Assembly: GCF_006345805.1 (NCBI RefSeq)
Contig: NC_043002.1
Coordinates: 114,824,001-114,888,000 of the forward strand
DNA length: 64,000 nt
From: Octopus sinensis
Lineage: Eukaryota
Reading direction: 5' to 3'
Below, one piece after another: positions 51,880 to 64,000 of the stretch. The notes beneath the pieces were generated by a model that was given only the letters and a program-made list of their open reading frames with translations, was not told where the DNA came from and ran no database searches. Each line of letters opens with the position of its first letter. The first letter of the stretch is position 1. The position numbers and the translations under genes were made by a program.

Positions 51880-52704
51880 ATCCCCGTGCAAGCAGCGTGA
51901 CCAAAACGAGACGTTGAACTAGGAACCTTGTCTGTCTAAGTCAGGCATAGGCACCCTATTTAGAGAAGAGGGCCACATGTGATTATGGTTTATTATTAAC
52001 TGGGCACACTACTGATAAACGCCCTTTTGTTCGTGAAATCAGGCAAGCTGTTCAGTAAGACACGCAGGCTGCAGCTTAGCCGTGACAACTTTAAATCAAA
52101 GAATGCAACTTCATTTTACTTCCCTATCGACGCAATTTCACGTTCAGTACACTATGAATATGCTTAGAAGAGCATCAATACAACAATATTCTATTCTGTC
52201 ATCAAATAAAAATGTGAGCGATTCAAACTATTTAAAGTCAGTGTGAGCAATCTAAAAACACAAATAAAGTTCAGAAAATATACATATGGCAAGGTAGTGT
52301 AGAAGAAAAGCAACAACAGAGTTCATTAGTCTGATTAACTTCTAAAAACATCATTTATCTTAATTATATTGATACATCGATTTTCAGCTTACCTTCCACA
52401 TGTTAGAGATGTATTTTAGTTTATAGATATTTTAAATTGTTACTTCTTAGAGACTCTGAATGCAGTTTCACGTGTCAATCAGGAGATCGGAAATTACTCT
52501 GCAGTTACAAAACTACAGCAGTTAATTTACGGGTAGAGAACATTTTTTTATTTAAAATTAAATAAGGGTAGAAATTGATATTAATCAATTAAAACCAGTG
52601 GCCTAGCATATTAAAAAAAAATCCGAAGATTAAAAATTTTATACATACAAAATTTAGAGGAATGACCACTAATAGTGGACAGCCTGTATGCTAGAAAAAA
52701 TATA

Positions 52705-52870
52705 TATATATATATACGACGGTCTTCTTTCGGTTTCTGTCTACCAAATCCACTCAAAAGGCTTTGGTTGGTCCTTGGCTATAGTAGAAGAAACTTGCCC
52801 AAGGTGCAAGGCAGTGGGATTGAGCCATGTGGTTGGAAAGCAAGCTTCTTACCACACAGCCATGCCTGAG
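52705..52870 (-). mobile_element. SINE family B, 5' half
   Basis: ACGACGGTCTTCTTTCGGTTTCTGTCTACCAAATCCACTC...CTTACCACACAGCCATGCCTG. Confidence 0.85.
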
Positions 52871-53491
52871 CAATGCGTCCCATTGGTTTGTTACTCGTCT
52901 GTATGCGTTATACATATACACTTACATACATACACGCACGCATACACACACACACACACGCACATACATGTATACCAATTTAATGTACACAGTATGTAGT
53001 TATGAAGTACTAATAGATTCATACATTTGAGACATGGTCTAGGTTCGTTTCCTTTTCCCTTTCGTTTTCCGTTTGTTTGCCCTTCCACTTTTTGCATCCG
53101 TCTTCCTCTCGTGATTTTTCCTATTCTATCCTCCACATTTATAATTTGCTTAAGCCGTGTGTCCAGGGACTGAAGATTACTTGGTTACACAAGGCGTGTC
53201 ATAAACGTTTGCCTAAACAACGTCTCTAGTGTATGAAACTATTAGTAGCCCATAACTACATGTGTACATTAAACGATATTTATCTTTCGACGGATAGAGT
53301 AGTTTTTTTCTTCGTTTTACCTTAATGAAAACGTAAACGTTTTATGTCTAAATATATTTATACAGAGAGAGATAGAGAGAGAGAGAGAGAGTGAGGGAGA
53401 AAGGAGATAGATAATTTACGTCGTCATCGACTCTTCGCTTTATATACACACATACACATATATGTATATAAATTCAAACGCACACACACAC

Positions 53492-53535
<44 letters not shown>

Positions 53536-53553
53536 CATACATACATATATAAA

Positions 53554-53587
<34 letters not shown>

Positions 53588-54303
53588 CGTGTATGTGTGT
53601 GGTGTGTGTGTGTGTGTATGTGTGTGGAAACCTTTGAAAGTGCAAACCTCTAAATATGTGGTTAATAGTCCGAAAAATTATAATCTTAATTTCTCAATGT
53701 GTTCCAACAGTACATTCATTGGCACTTCCAACTTCATAGAACACTCCAACGCTACTGCTACATAATATTGCTTTGCCATGAACTATGAATGTTAACCAGT
53801 ACAAAGCACTGTATTTTGAACTGAATGCCACATACCACGACCAGCCCACTAATTTACTATCCTTGCTAAAGCTGCTACAAATTAACCACTTTAGATAAGG
53901 CTAGGTAGAGGGAAGAAAAGAGCTTATGTAGCATTCACAAAATATGAACTACAAGTAACAGAGGGATGATTCGATGGAAATGAGAAAAGCAATGGTATAA
54001 AAGGAGTAGCAATTATATACAGAATGTTTCATTAATCAATACTTTTTGTTAGAACATTGAAATGTACATTAATTTTGGTATATAATTTACCAACGTCAAA
54101 ATTACAGTAATATCGTAATGGATAAATTTCAAAATTAAGAATCGGCACAAACTGATAAAATGCCTGTCTGTGGCTCTGCTTGCCTCTCTTCTCCATTTCT
54201 AGCTTTATTCGTTGCTATTTTTCAATTCTTATAATACTTTCAATGTCTCCTTGAAAAGCCATGTCGTTGAAAAGCCATATCGCACTCTATAGATTTATAC
54301 TCA

Positions 54304-54737
54304 ACTAGCAGCATAGCCCGGCGTTGCCCGGGTATGTAAGAGCCCCTAGTAGGCAACGACTAATCCCAATCTAGTCCTTTCCCTCTAGGGAACGAAGGCG
54401 CATGTGTAGGTTGCAATGTCTTCTCTTCACTCGAATACTTCTGTGTATACGATGTTCCTAGCTGTCCCTTTGGGCGATAAAAAGGTCGAGTTGTGTCCCC
54501 TAGACAGAAAATGTGTTGCATATAAAAAGGTTAGATTCTCGATCCCATGTCGAATTTATCGATTTTTTTCAGAACTGGGGAAACTTTTCAAAATTTTAGC
54601 TGCGTTAGTTTTGAATTATGACATTGGGCTATGTGTGTGTCAAGTTTCATCAGAATCGGTTGAAAGCCGTGGTCAGGGTGAGGGTACAACCTGACAGACA
54701 CACAGACAGACAAACTGCCGTTTATATATAGAGAGAT
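54304..54737 (+). mobile_element. Non-autonomous Helitron-like element (Lep1-type organisation)
   Basis: 5' ACTAG followed by the hairpin CCCGG-CGTTGC-CCGGG; internal AAGTTTCATCAGAATCGG; a (GACA)n block; 3' GCCGTTTATATATAGAGAGAT. Confidence 0.65.
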
Positions 54738-55268
54738 ACTCTAAAACAGCAAGCAGATAGGAAACCGGCACAGACGTTACTCGACTTCGACTTAAGTATA
54801 GTATTCAAACAAGGATCACCTCGCGCATTTACACACCGTCTTGTAGTTGTAATAGTTTCTATATAAATATGCCTATGCTTAAGTAAATGTACCCAACTAT
54901 TTAAGATGTGTAGGTACATCATGACTACAACGGTAGATCATGACTACAACGATAGATCATAAAGTATTCATAAATACAACGAATACAGACACAATGGGAT
55001 ACGTTACAATTATCATATAAATAAAAACAACTTTTATGTGAAGATGCATAAAATGAATAAGCAGAATCAATTCCATATTTGACGTTTAATGCCAGTTTGG
55101 CACATCCGCAAGGTTTTCTTGGCACATTGCAGACGTGATGTCATCGTCTTCCTTTGGAGTTTAATCTCATCTCTAAACTTGATCCCATTCGACATGCTTC
55201 CGCATCGTTTCCGCCACTCGAATTCTACTCACATGTCATTGCTTAAACACTGGGTATACACGTTCATA

Positions 55269-55320
<52 letters not shown>

Positions 55321-55402
55321 AAACGAAAGAAAGAAGGAGGATTTAACGTTTCGAGCGGATATATGTATGTGTGTGTGCGCGCGTGCGCGTATATTATATA
55401 TA

Positions 55403-55454
<52 letters not shown>

Positions 55455-55459
<5 letters not shown>

Positions 55460-55607
55460 CATGTGGTAAGAAGTTTGCTTCCCACCCATCCAACAATATA
55501 ATTCTGTCCCACTGCGTAGCACCTTCAGAAGTGTCTTCTACTATAGTTTCCGGCTATTTACAGACTTCAGAGTGGATTTGGTAGACGGAAACTGAAAGTA
55601 GCCTGTC

Positions 55608-55664
<57 letters not shown>

Positions 55665-55870
55665 TGTGTGTATGTTTTTGTATGTCTGTGTTTGTCCCCC
55701 ACCATCGCTTGACAACCGATGTTGGTGTGTTTACGTTCCCGTAACTTAGCGGTTCAGCAAGACACACTGATAGAATAAGTACTAGGCTTACAAAGAATAA
55801 GTGCTGGGGGTCGATTTGTTCCATTGAAATTTCTGAAGAAGGCTGCAGTCTGATGACTGCAGGTAAGAGA
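55455..55870 (+). mobile_element. SINE family B, diverged full length
   Basis: GGCCATGTGGTAAGAAGTTTGCTTCCC...CTTGACAACCGATGTTGGTGTGTTTACG...AAGAGATAAAAG. Confidence 0.85.
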
Positions 55871-58224
55871 TAAAAGCTTTACAAATATAAATATATGTAT
55901 TAAATATTCGTACACGATTGGTCAGGGTCGACGTTGAAAATATTCTTCTCTCCCCCACCCTACATTCTCTCTATATATATGAGTGTGTGGTCTGTATGTG
56001 TGTGCGTGGTGTGTTTGTGTGTGTGTGTGTCTGTCTGTCTGTTCGTGTGCGTGTTCGTGTATGAGTATATACATACACATCATTCTCTACATATGTGCGT
56101 GTGTTTGTGCGCGTGTGTGCACGCGGGCGTGTTCGTGTGCGTGCTCCTGTATTAGTATATACATGCAGATCTCTCTCTACATATGTGTCTGTGTTTGTGT
56201 GTGTGTGTGCTTGCGAGCATGCGTGCTCGTCTATGAATATATACATACACATACAGAACACACATTTGTTTTCTTGACTGCAGTGATAATTTACTTTGTT
56301 TAAACCATTGTTCAAAGGTTTAATAGGCCCCAGTATATTACTGTCTGTTACTAGTTCACAGACGAAGCATTGCAACAGAATTGCAAGTCATCCTTTCATA
56401 AAATGTCCTTGATCCTCAATGAAATTATTTCACTGTAACTGTCTAATAATTCCATCCATTTGTGAGTAGATGCAAGATTCCACGCCTATGAAGCTGGAGA
56501 AGTTAACGCTAAGCAACACAAGAACTCAGATTCCCATCAGCATCACAAACTGTCTCAGTTTTGTTATCGAATTAGAATCACCTGGACCTTATTTGAGTTT
56601 GTATACGGTAACTGTTGCACATTGTTCTATAAACCTATGTGCGAATTATCTCAACTAAGAAAATTGTATTATTGTCTTGACGAATTTGTAAATTTGGTTT
56701 TCCGAGTTTTCAAAGCTGTTGTAAAGAATACCGAAGTTAAGAGTTGTGACATTCATACGACAAAGACGGATTGCGCTTAGAATTCACCATAGCAACAATG
56801 ACTTATTGCTTTATATGTATCACTGTGTTGAAATTATTTGCTACTTATATCTACAGTATGACAAAGAATATATATTTAGGAAAAGAAGAAAGGAATTTCA
56901 TAAAGATGACTCATGAAATACGAATTCATTCATCAAATTGACATTTAACAACAGACACAGTTGTTGAATGTCCATGTTATCCTTCTCCAGTTCCTCCGGT
57001 AAAAATTAATTTGATTTTAGCTTGTAAATGTATTGGTGGTCGATGTTGAATATCAGTTGTAGTTCTAAGCGGTCTAATACAACAATAATCAATTATAAAG
57101 TATTTCTTCTATGTATACTTATAAGGTTACAGTTTACAATTCATCATAGAACCTGTTTGAGGTAGGTGAACTAAGCTATTCAAAGTTTAATCGCACTAAA
57201 TTTCAGCAACGGTCACATAAGGTGAACTGTCGATTTTTCAGCTTTTAGCGGAATCCTATTGACTTGGTAAGATGTAGTTTGCATACTACATTTACATTTA
57301 ACCGAACAGAATATGTTGTACTGCATCTACCAATGAGAAACTGAGTCTATACAAATCTGTTCTAGAATGCTGCAGTAGAAAGAGTTGTTTGAATTTTAGA
57401 AATGTTAGCGACAACAGTTTTCAATTCGTAAGTTCTCAGTTCTCAATAAAGAAAGGCATCTTTTTAGAAATCCCACGAGAGGAAAAGTTCTTCTGTGCAA
57501 AATAGATTTTTATGGTGGATCCGATTTTACTACTGCTTTCATTTATTATTTGCCGAATTCAACAGACATTTTTATTCGTGTATTTTGACAGATTTCCCTT
57601 TCTCTCTTGTTAGTTCGTTTTTATCTCACATTTTGCTATCTTTGTGCATTACATGACGTATGATGCCGTTCTTCTCTGTTGCTTCTCCTTCCGATATTAC
57701 GATATTTTAAATCATCTCTAAAGTTTCCATCCTATAGATATAAATGGTTTTCAGGCTGAATATATAAAGTGGAGAGACAGAAAAAATAGATCCACTGGTT
57801 TCGAACTGTTGAGTGGATGAGAACAATTTCTTTTGTGATGACATAAAATGCGATTTATCATTTATTGATATTGCATTTATTATTCAGAGAAAACAATGAA
57901 CGTATTCACTATCACATGAGCAGTAATGGAAAACTCGGAGTACTTCTTTAAATCCTTTTGTTAGGTCAGTGTATTGTTAAAATCAGTAGGGTGAAGTCGA
58001 CAGTATTCTTTCATGCAAAAATATGTTGTGGAAATTTTTTTTAATGTTTTAGAATTTTCATGAAAGACTATTAAATTTTAAAACATATTTGTCAAATGAG
58101 ATGTGTTGTCAGGATGTAATGTCACGCAATTTTGTCTTAACAAATTGGATTTGGGAGAAAAAGGCCCATGTGAGGGAGAATTTGTTTAACTACAATTTAC
58201 AGATAATACAATTCTATATTTAAG

Positions 58225-58400
58225 AGATGAGGAATTATGTACATTATTTACAATTGACGGATATTTGTCCTCATCTTATTGTTAACACAACGTTTCGGCT
58301 GATATACCCTCCTGCCTTCATCAGGTGTCTTGGGGAAATTTTGAACCTGGGTTCTCATTCCTAAAGTATTTTTCGATGTTGTTATTATTATTATTATTCA
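58225..58400 (-). mobile_element. Penelope-like LTR fragment
   Basis: Carries the minimal hammerhead at 58284-58329, the configuration typical of Penelope-like pseudo-LTRs. Confidence 0.55.
58284..58329 (-). ncRNA. Minimal (dimer-dependent) type I hammerhead-like motif
   Basis: The minus strand reads GACAC-CTGATGA-A-GGCAG-GAGGGTATAT-CAGCC-GAAACGTT^GTGTT. Stem III is a palindromic AACGTT, and stem II has one mismatch. Confidence 0.55.
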
Positions 58401-58665
58401 GGTCACTACTTGGAATCGAACTCGGAAAATTGGGGTTAGTAACAACTCACAAGAAATGGGTGATAAGCCTGCTAGATCATGTTTACATGAACCAGGATCG
58501 GCGTTCACAAGTCACCGTAACCGACTGTTACGTTTCCGACCATGATGTTTGTGTGCATCACTCAAACTAGCTTGCTGTTGTCATTGAGGTATTATATAAC
58601 TGCTTCAGATGATTCCTGTTTTTAAAGAGTTTTTATATTTTAATTATAAGGCTGCTATTTTTTGT

Positions 58666-58794
58666 AACCCCGCCAAGGACGTTATGGTTCTGCCGGCGTT
58701 GGTTTGGGAAATTAGTCGATTTTCAGCATGCGTTTATATGGGTCGAAATGAGCAGCTTGGCGGAGGACTGCGTTCTCCGAGTGCCTTTCTAGTT
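58666..58794 (+). mobile_element. Short Helentron/HINE-like element
   Basis: Subterminal inverted repeats CCCCGCCAAG (58668-58677) and CTTGGCGGAGG (58756-58766), a 3' hairpin GCGTTCTCCGAGTGC (58770-58784), ending in CTAGTT. Confidence 0.55.
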
Positions 58795-58869
58795 CTTAAT
58801 GTATTATTTCCTGAGCGTATGAAAAGTGAATTCTTCAGCATAATCAGTTCTTCTTTACAGATATTCAGC

Positions 58870-59212
58870 ATGGACTATGACAAAAATATGTAGAAAGAGT
58901 AGAAAGCTTGATGGGACGTGTACACGTATGTTTCATGCTGTTGTCGACAAAACATGGAAACAACGTCCAACGAAAGAAGGGTTTAGTGGTAATATCCCCC
59001 AACGTATTATCAATCATTCGAGAGCGGAGTATAACATATGCTGGTCACTGCCATCGAAACAAAGATGGATCTGTGAGTGAGCTCCTTCTATGGATTTTGA
59101 GGCATGGGAATTCTCATGTTGGATGACCCAGAATGACATACATTGATCAACTATCTCGTGATGTCGAGTTACAAATAGGACATATCAAAATTGTTATGGT
59201 AGACAAGAAGGC

Positions 59213-59215
<3 letters not shown>
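58870..59215 (+). mobile_element. RTE-like LINE 3' fragment
   Basis: With frameshifts it reads LDGTCTRMFHAV...KTWKQRPTK...SIIRERSITYAGHCHRNKDGSVSELLLW...TYIDQLSRD. Confidence 0.75.
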
Positions 59216-59243
<28 letters not shown>

Positions 59244-59549
59244 CAATGTGTGTTTATGTGTATATGCGTACGTGTGGTGGTGGTGGTGGTGGTGGTGTGT
59301 GTGTGTGTGGTTTTCAACCGGGTAACCACCCGAGGCCATAGATGGATAGATTGTTGTCACAGCAAAATATCGCCTAACATAGGAGATAACTTCTGCAGCT
59401 CCGGCTTCTGCAATGATTTTGATAGTTTTTGATTAATCTGTTTTGATTAGTTTGCCCGCTGTCATATATGTTCAATGTTTGTGTGCATTACCAGCAATTT
59501 ACGTCTACAACTCTGCTTTCCTAACGAAGACCTCACTCTCTTTCACTAG

Positions 59550-59582
<33 letters not shown>

Positions 59583-60099
59583 ACTCGCTTTCTCTCTCTC
59601 TCACTTCTTACTCCCTCACACACACACATACGCACACACTCTTACTCATTCACTGATTCTTTATGTGTCTGAGGAAGATTAATTAGTCTCGGATTGCATT
59701 AAAATTTTTAACCTATTGTTTCATAAATTGATAAAAATAAAAATAAATACTATATTATTTACTGCAATTCTATCATATTATCAACTTATCATTCAAATTA
59801 TCGTTGAGATCAGATAGAATCCATTATAACTGAATGGTTCATTTTATAGTAATTAATTAACTACAAAATTATGAAGATAATGTTTACAAATCTCAGCCAA
59901 AAAATTAATTACCTTGATATTCAATCAAGTTGATAAAACTAACATGTATGAAGCAAATAGTATTAAAATATCCATTACGATGTCCAACCATACAACATTA
60001 CAAACATTTATTCCTAGAAAGATTACTTGTCTATGGGATGCGTTGATTCAAAGCAAAAGAAACGGATTTAGATTTATGGAAATATTCTTTTGTTTTGTG

Positions 60100-61100
60100 T
60101 TTGTTTCAGTCATTGAACTACGGCCATTCTGGGGCTTCAACCGAACGAGTCGACCCTAGTTGTTACATTTAGGCCAGGAACATATATCAGTCTCTTATTC
60201 TGAACCGCTAGATAAGGAAGATGTAAATAAACGAACTCCGGGTATCAGGCAGTTGTGGAGGACAAACACAAGCAGAAGGGCTTCTTTTTCAGTTTCCCTC
60301 ACAAGATTTTGGTCGACCCGAAGTTATAGTGGAAGACACTCGCACAAAGTGCCGCGCAGTGGGATAGAACCCAGAACCATATAATTTGGATGTAAACTTC
60401 TTACAACACAGCCTTGACTGCGCCTAATTTACATTGAAATCTTTTAAAACCTGAACCGGAACTATTCTTCTTTTCCACAACTTGCTCTCCATAGAAATCC
60501 ATTTCCTTAGGTTGTGACCTCAACAATTTTGAGGGAAATCTTATCCATCTTTTATATTCTTTGTAAAAATGTAATACTCTCTTCATGCAGTTAAATTTTA
60601 CATATGATATTTACATATGATATAACAGGAAACAAGTGTTAAGGCACTTAACGTGCCGAACACAACTTTAAACTAATCAAGTTAGTGATTTACACACAAT
60701 CTGGTATATTTATTATTTTATTCTTTTATTTGTTTCAGTCATTTGACTGCGGCCATGCTGGAGCACCGCCTTAACGGTTTTCTAGTCGAAGAATTTGACC
60801 CCAGGACTTATTCTTTGTAAGCCTAATACTTATTCGATAATCTGTCTCTTTTGCCGAACAGTTAAGTTACGGGGACGTAAACACAATAGCATATGTTGGC
60901 AAGCGATAGTGGGGGACAAACATAAACACATTCACACACACACATACATATACGACGGTCTTCTTTCAGTTTTTATCTATCAAATCCACTCACAAGGATA
61001 TGGTCGGTCTGAGGCTGTAGTTGAAAACACTCACCCAAGATGCCACGCAGTGAGACTGAAGCCGGGATCCATGTGGTTTCTTACGGCACAGCCATGCCTG
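60100..61100 (-). mobile_element. Two SINE family B copies (~60100-60425 diverged; ~60720-61100)
   Basis: Both show a TTTGTTTCAGTCATT...GGCCAT tail and a CCACGCAGTG / CACAGCC head. Confidence 0.85.
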
Positions 61101-61816
61101 CACTTATTTCTTGAAGTTATGATTAATTTTCTTTTTCTTATGATTTATTGATACCGAAACAACCGTCTAGAATCTATTTAATCCATTCAAGCCTTCAATA
61201 TTTCCGTTTACCACTTCCAGGACGATTCACTCAGCTAAAAATAAATATTCAGTGGAGGTCTTTATTTCCAGCTCAGCCATCTCTCTGATTCATTTCAGTG
61301 CAAACAAACAATCTGTATGTTAAAGATAAGAGCTCAAAAACGATTATCTATCTTGTAAGTATAAAATAGAATTTGCTATAATCTCACTTGTAGCTAAACG
61401 TTCGAGCTGATCGATAGCAACTTCGAATCATCCTATTACGCATCACTGAACCATGCATGGTAACATTCGCTGTTAACAATTGAAGCAAGATTTATTTTCT
61501 TTGTATTAGATTATCATATTTAATTGATATTTCCGAGTAGGAATTACTGTCATCATGTTCTTAGCTGTGTGAAAGCCCTTATAAATCTGTCCCCCTTCCC
61601 ATTCTTTTCCCTTTTCTTTCTTTCTTTTTTCTTCTTTTTTTCTTTTTGCTTTCAAGCATAAAAGTGACGAGATATAAACAACACACGCACACTTTAACCA
61701 GTCTTTCTGTTTTAGTCTTTCTGTCTACCTATCTATTTGTCTGTCAATTTGTCTACCTATTTAGCTGTCTGTCTGTTTGTATATCTATCAGCTTTCTCTG
61801 TCTACCTATCTTTCTT

Positions 61817-61900
<84 letters not shown>

Positions 61901-61934
61901 ATCTGTCTATCTATCTATCTATCTATCTAATCTG

Positions 61935-62010
<76 letters not shown>
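61817..62010. repeat. (TCTA)n array
   Basis: Direct reading of the sequence. Confidence 0.97.
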
Positions 62011-63094
62011 CGTATCTGTATATGTGTATGTAGGTAGGTAGGTACGTAGATAGATATGTATGTCTGTTAGATGATAAGTAGGGTGGTAGGCAGGTATGTA
62101 GGTTGGTCGGTCCTCTGGTAGGTTGGTACTTAGGTAGGTATGTTGGGTAGGTATGTATGTATGTATGTATGTATGTATGTATGTAGGTAGGTAGGTAGGT
62201 AGGTAGGTAAATAGGTAGGAAGGCAGGCAGACATGCAGGCATGTATTTGCAAGTATAATCCATCAATGCAAGTGCAGAATTAATTTAGTAATATTTACTT
62301 TATTCAGGCGGAATAATGATTTCTAAAATCTTGTGATTGTTTTTTTATTGGGCCAAAATTAATTTGTTTTCCAATAGAAATGGAAATTTAGAAAACCACG
62401 ATATGTCCGTACATAAAGTTATTGGCGCACTAGAAAATGCTTCAACAAAAATAAGATTCTCATTTATATATCATGGAATTACAAATACACCTACCCAACA
62501 TTTAACTTATGTGTTTAGCTATTCATGTATTAATTCATTGTACTCAGGCATGCACATAAATATAGGCCGACTGGAGAAAATTATATTTCACTCGCACTTT
62601 TTCCGTTATATTTTGTCTATGTAAATGAGATGTCCTTATAAAGAGTTCCGTGTTAAGGTTTAAAACACAAATGTACATACATCTATACAATAGTGTTTTT
62701 ATTCAATAACTAGACGCAACACTTTATGCTTCTACAGTGAAGTCCATTTCCTTGACGTTCATTCAAGTATAACTAATACGTTAATACGTTAACTGTGTGA
62801 CGTTTATTCCTTATGGTGCGGTCGTTGAAGAATTGAAAACTAAGTTCAACATCCTCATATTGAGCATAAAAGCAATAATACACTTCCTCTTCTCATTTAG
62901 CCACAGATCTCATAGGCTATTTTTGCTCTCACGCACGCACACACATACACATTCACACACACACACACACATGCAATTATCCAAGCATGTATATTAGTAT
63001 ATACGTATATACATATCCATGCGCACATACATGTACAAACGTACACACATATGCATGCATAAATATAAATATATATTATACTTTCTATATTTTA

Positions 63095-63470
63095 TATTTT
63101 ACTTGTTTCAGTCATTAGACTGCGGCCTTGCTGGGGCACTGCCTTGAGGAATTTTAGTCGAGCAAATCGAATCCAGTCCTTACGTTTGTAAAACCTGTTA
63201 CTTATTCTATCAATCTTTTTTGCCGAATCGCTAAGTTAGGGTGATTTCAACACAGCAATACCGGTTGGCAAGCGGTAGTGGGGGACAAACACACACACAT
63301 ACACGCGAGCGTGCGTCTTTCAGTTTCTGTCTACCAAATCCACTCACGAGGCTTTGGTCGGCTCGAACGTAGGATAGAAGACCCTTACCTAAGGTGCTAC
63401 GCACTGAAATCGAGCCCGGAACAATGTGGTTTGGAAGCAAACTTCTTACCACGCAGCCACGCCTGCTCCG
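63095..63470 (-). mobile_element. SINE family B, diverged full length
   Basis: TTTTACTTGTTTCAGTCATTAGACTGCGGCC...CTTACCACGCAGCCACGCCTG. Confidence 0.88.
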
Positions 63471-63599
63471 TTGCAGCTTTGTGATATGTATATCGGAAAA
63501 AAATAACATATTAAACAAGGATAATTGCTAATCTGATAATAACGAATTCGAAACTACCCACTTATTCATTTCTACTCTAAGCACAAGAGGAGGGGCCCA

Positions 63600-63944
63600 G
63601 TCGATAGATGACCCGCATACGGTACCGGTACTTAGTTTATCGACGCCGAAAGGACGAAAGACAAAGTCGACCTCGGCGGAATTTGAACTCAGAACGTAAA
63701 GACGGACGAAATACATATTTCTTTACTACCCACAAGGGGCTACACACAGAGGGGGACAAACAAGGACAGACAAACGGATTAAGTCGATTATATCGAACCC
63801 AGTGCGTAACTGGTATTTAGTATATCGACCCCGAAAGGATGAAAGGCAAAGTCGACCTCGGCGGAATTTGAACTCAGAACGTAGCGGCAGACGAAATACT
63901 GCTGAGCATTTTGCCCGGCGTGCTAACGATTCTGCCAACACGCC
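63600..63944 (-). mobile_element. SINE family A, full monomer plus truncated second monomer
   Basis: Same dimer junction as 35505-35825, at 63714-63716. Confidence 0.9.
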
Positions 63945-64000
63945 GTCTTAGTACCCACTTGTTCATTTACATCCAACTCTGAGTACCTGTGTGTGTGTAC

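Noticed and set aside
55090-55200. Minus-strand SRLQCAKK resembling the Tc1 RLxxAK motif
   Set aside because: Too short, and no other transposase motifs are nearby.
56465-56780. ~100-codon stop-free plus frame (DARFHAYEAGEV...)
   Set aside because: Weak acceptor, no suitable start and no recognisable homology.

Overview
This is AT-rich, extremely microsatellite-dense eukaryotic genomic DNA. The repeat families present point to an octopus genome (inference). I cannot support any intact protein-coding gene, rRNA, true tRNA or CRISPR array; most ORFs in the track are translations of (TA)n, (CA)n or (CATA)n repeats. The window is dominated by three tRNA-headed SINE families (here called A, B and C). 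It also holds a well-preserved 5'-truncated RTE-clade LINE (6882-8213, minus strand), several degraded LINE fragments including one restriction-like-endonuclease-type C-terminus, two Helitron/Helentron-like non-autonomous elements, a mariner-like MITE and a Tigger-like remnant. The most notable structure is at 2768-3521: two inverted, circularly permuted copies of a ~353-bp non-coding unit. Each copy carries a complete type I hammerhead ribozyme core at the tip of a long predicted stem, which fits a Penelope-like pseudo-LTR or a metazoan retrozyme. Other hammerhead-like motifs of unrelated sequence occur at ~58.3 kb and ~48.3 kb. A few unique, CpG-richer islands carry clustered promoter motifs or candidate exons; these are low confidence.
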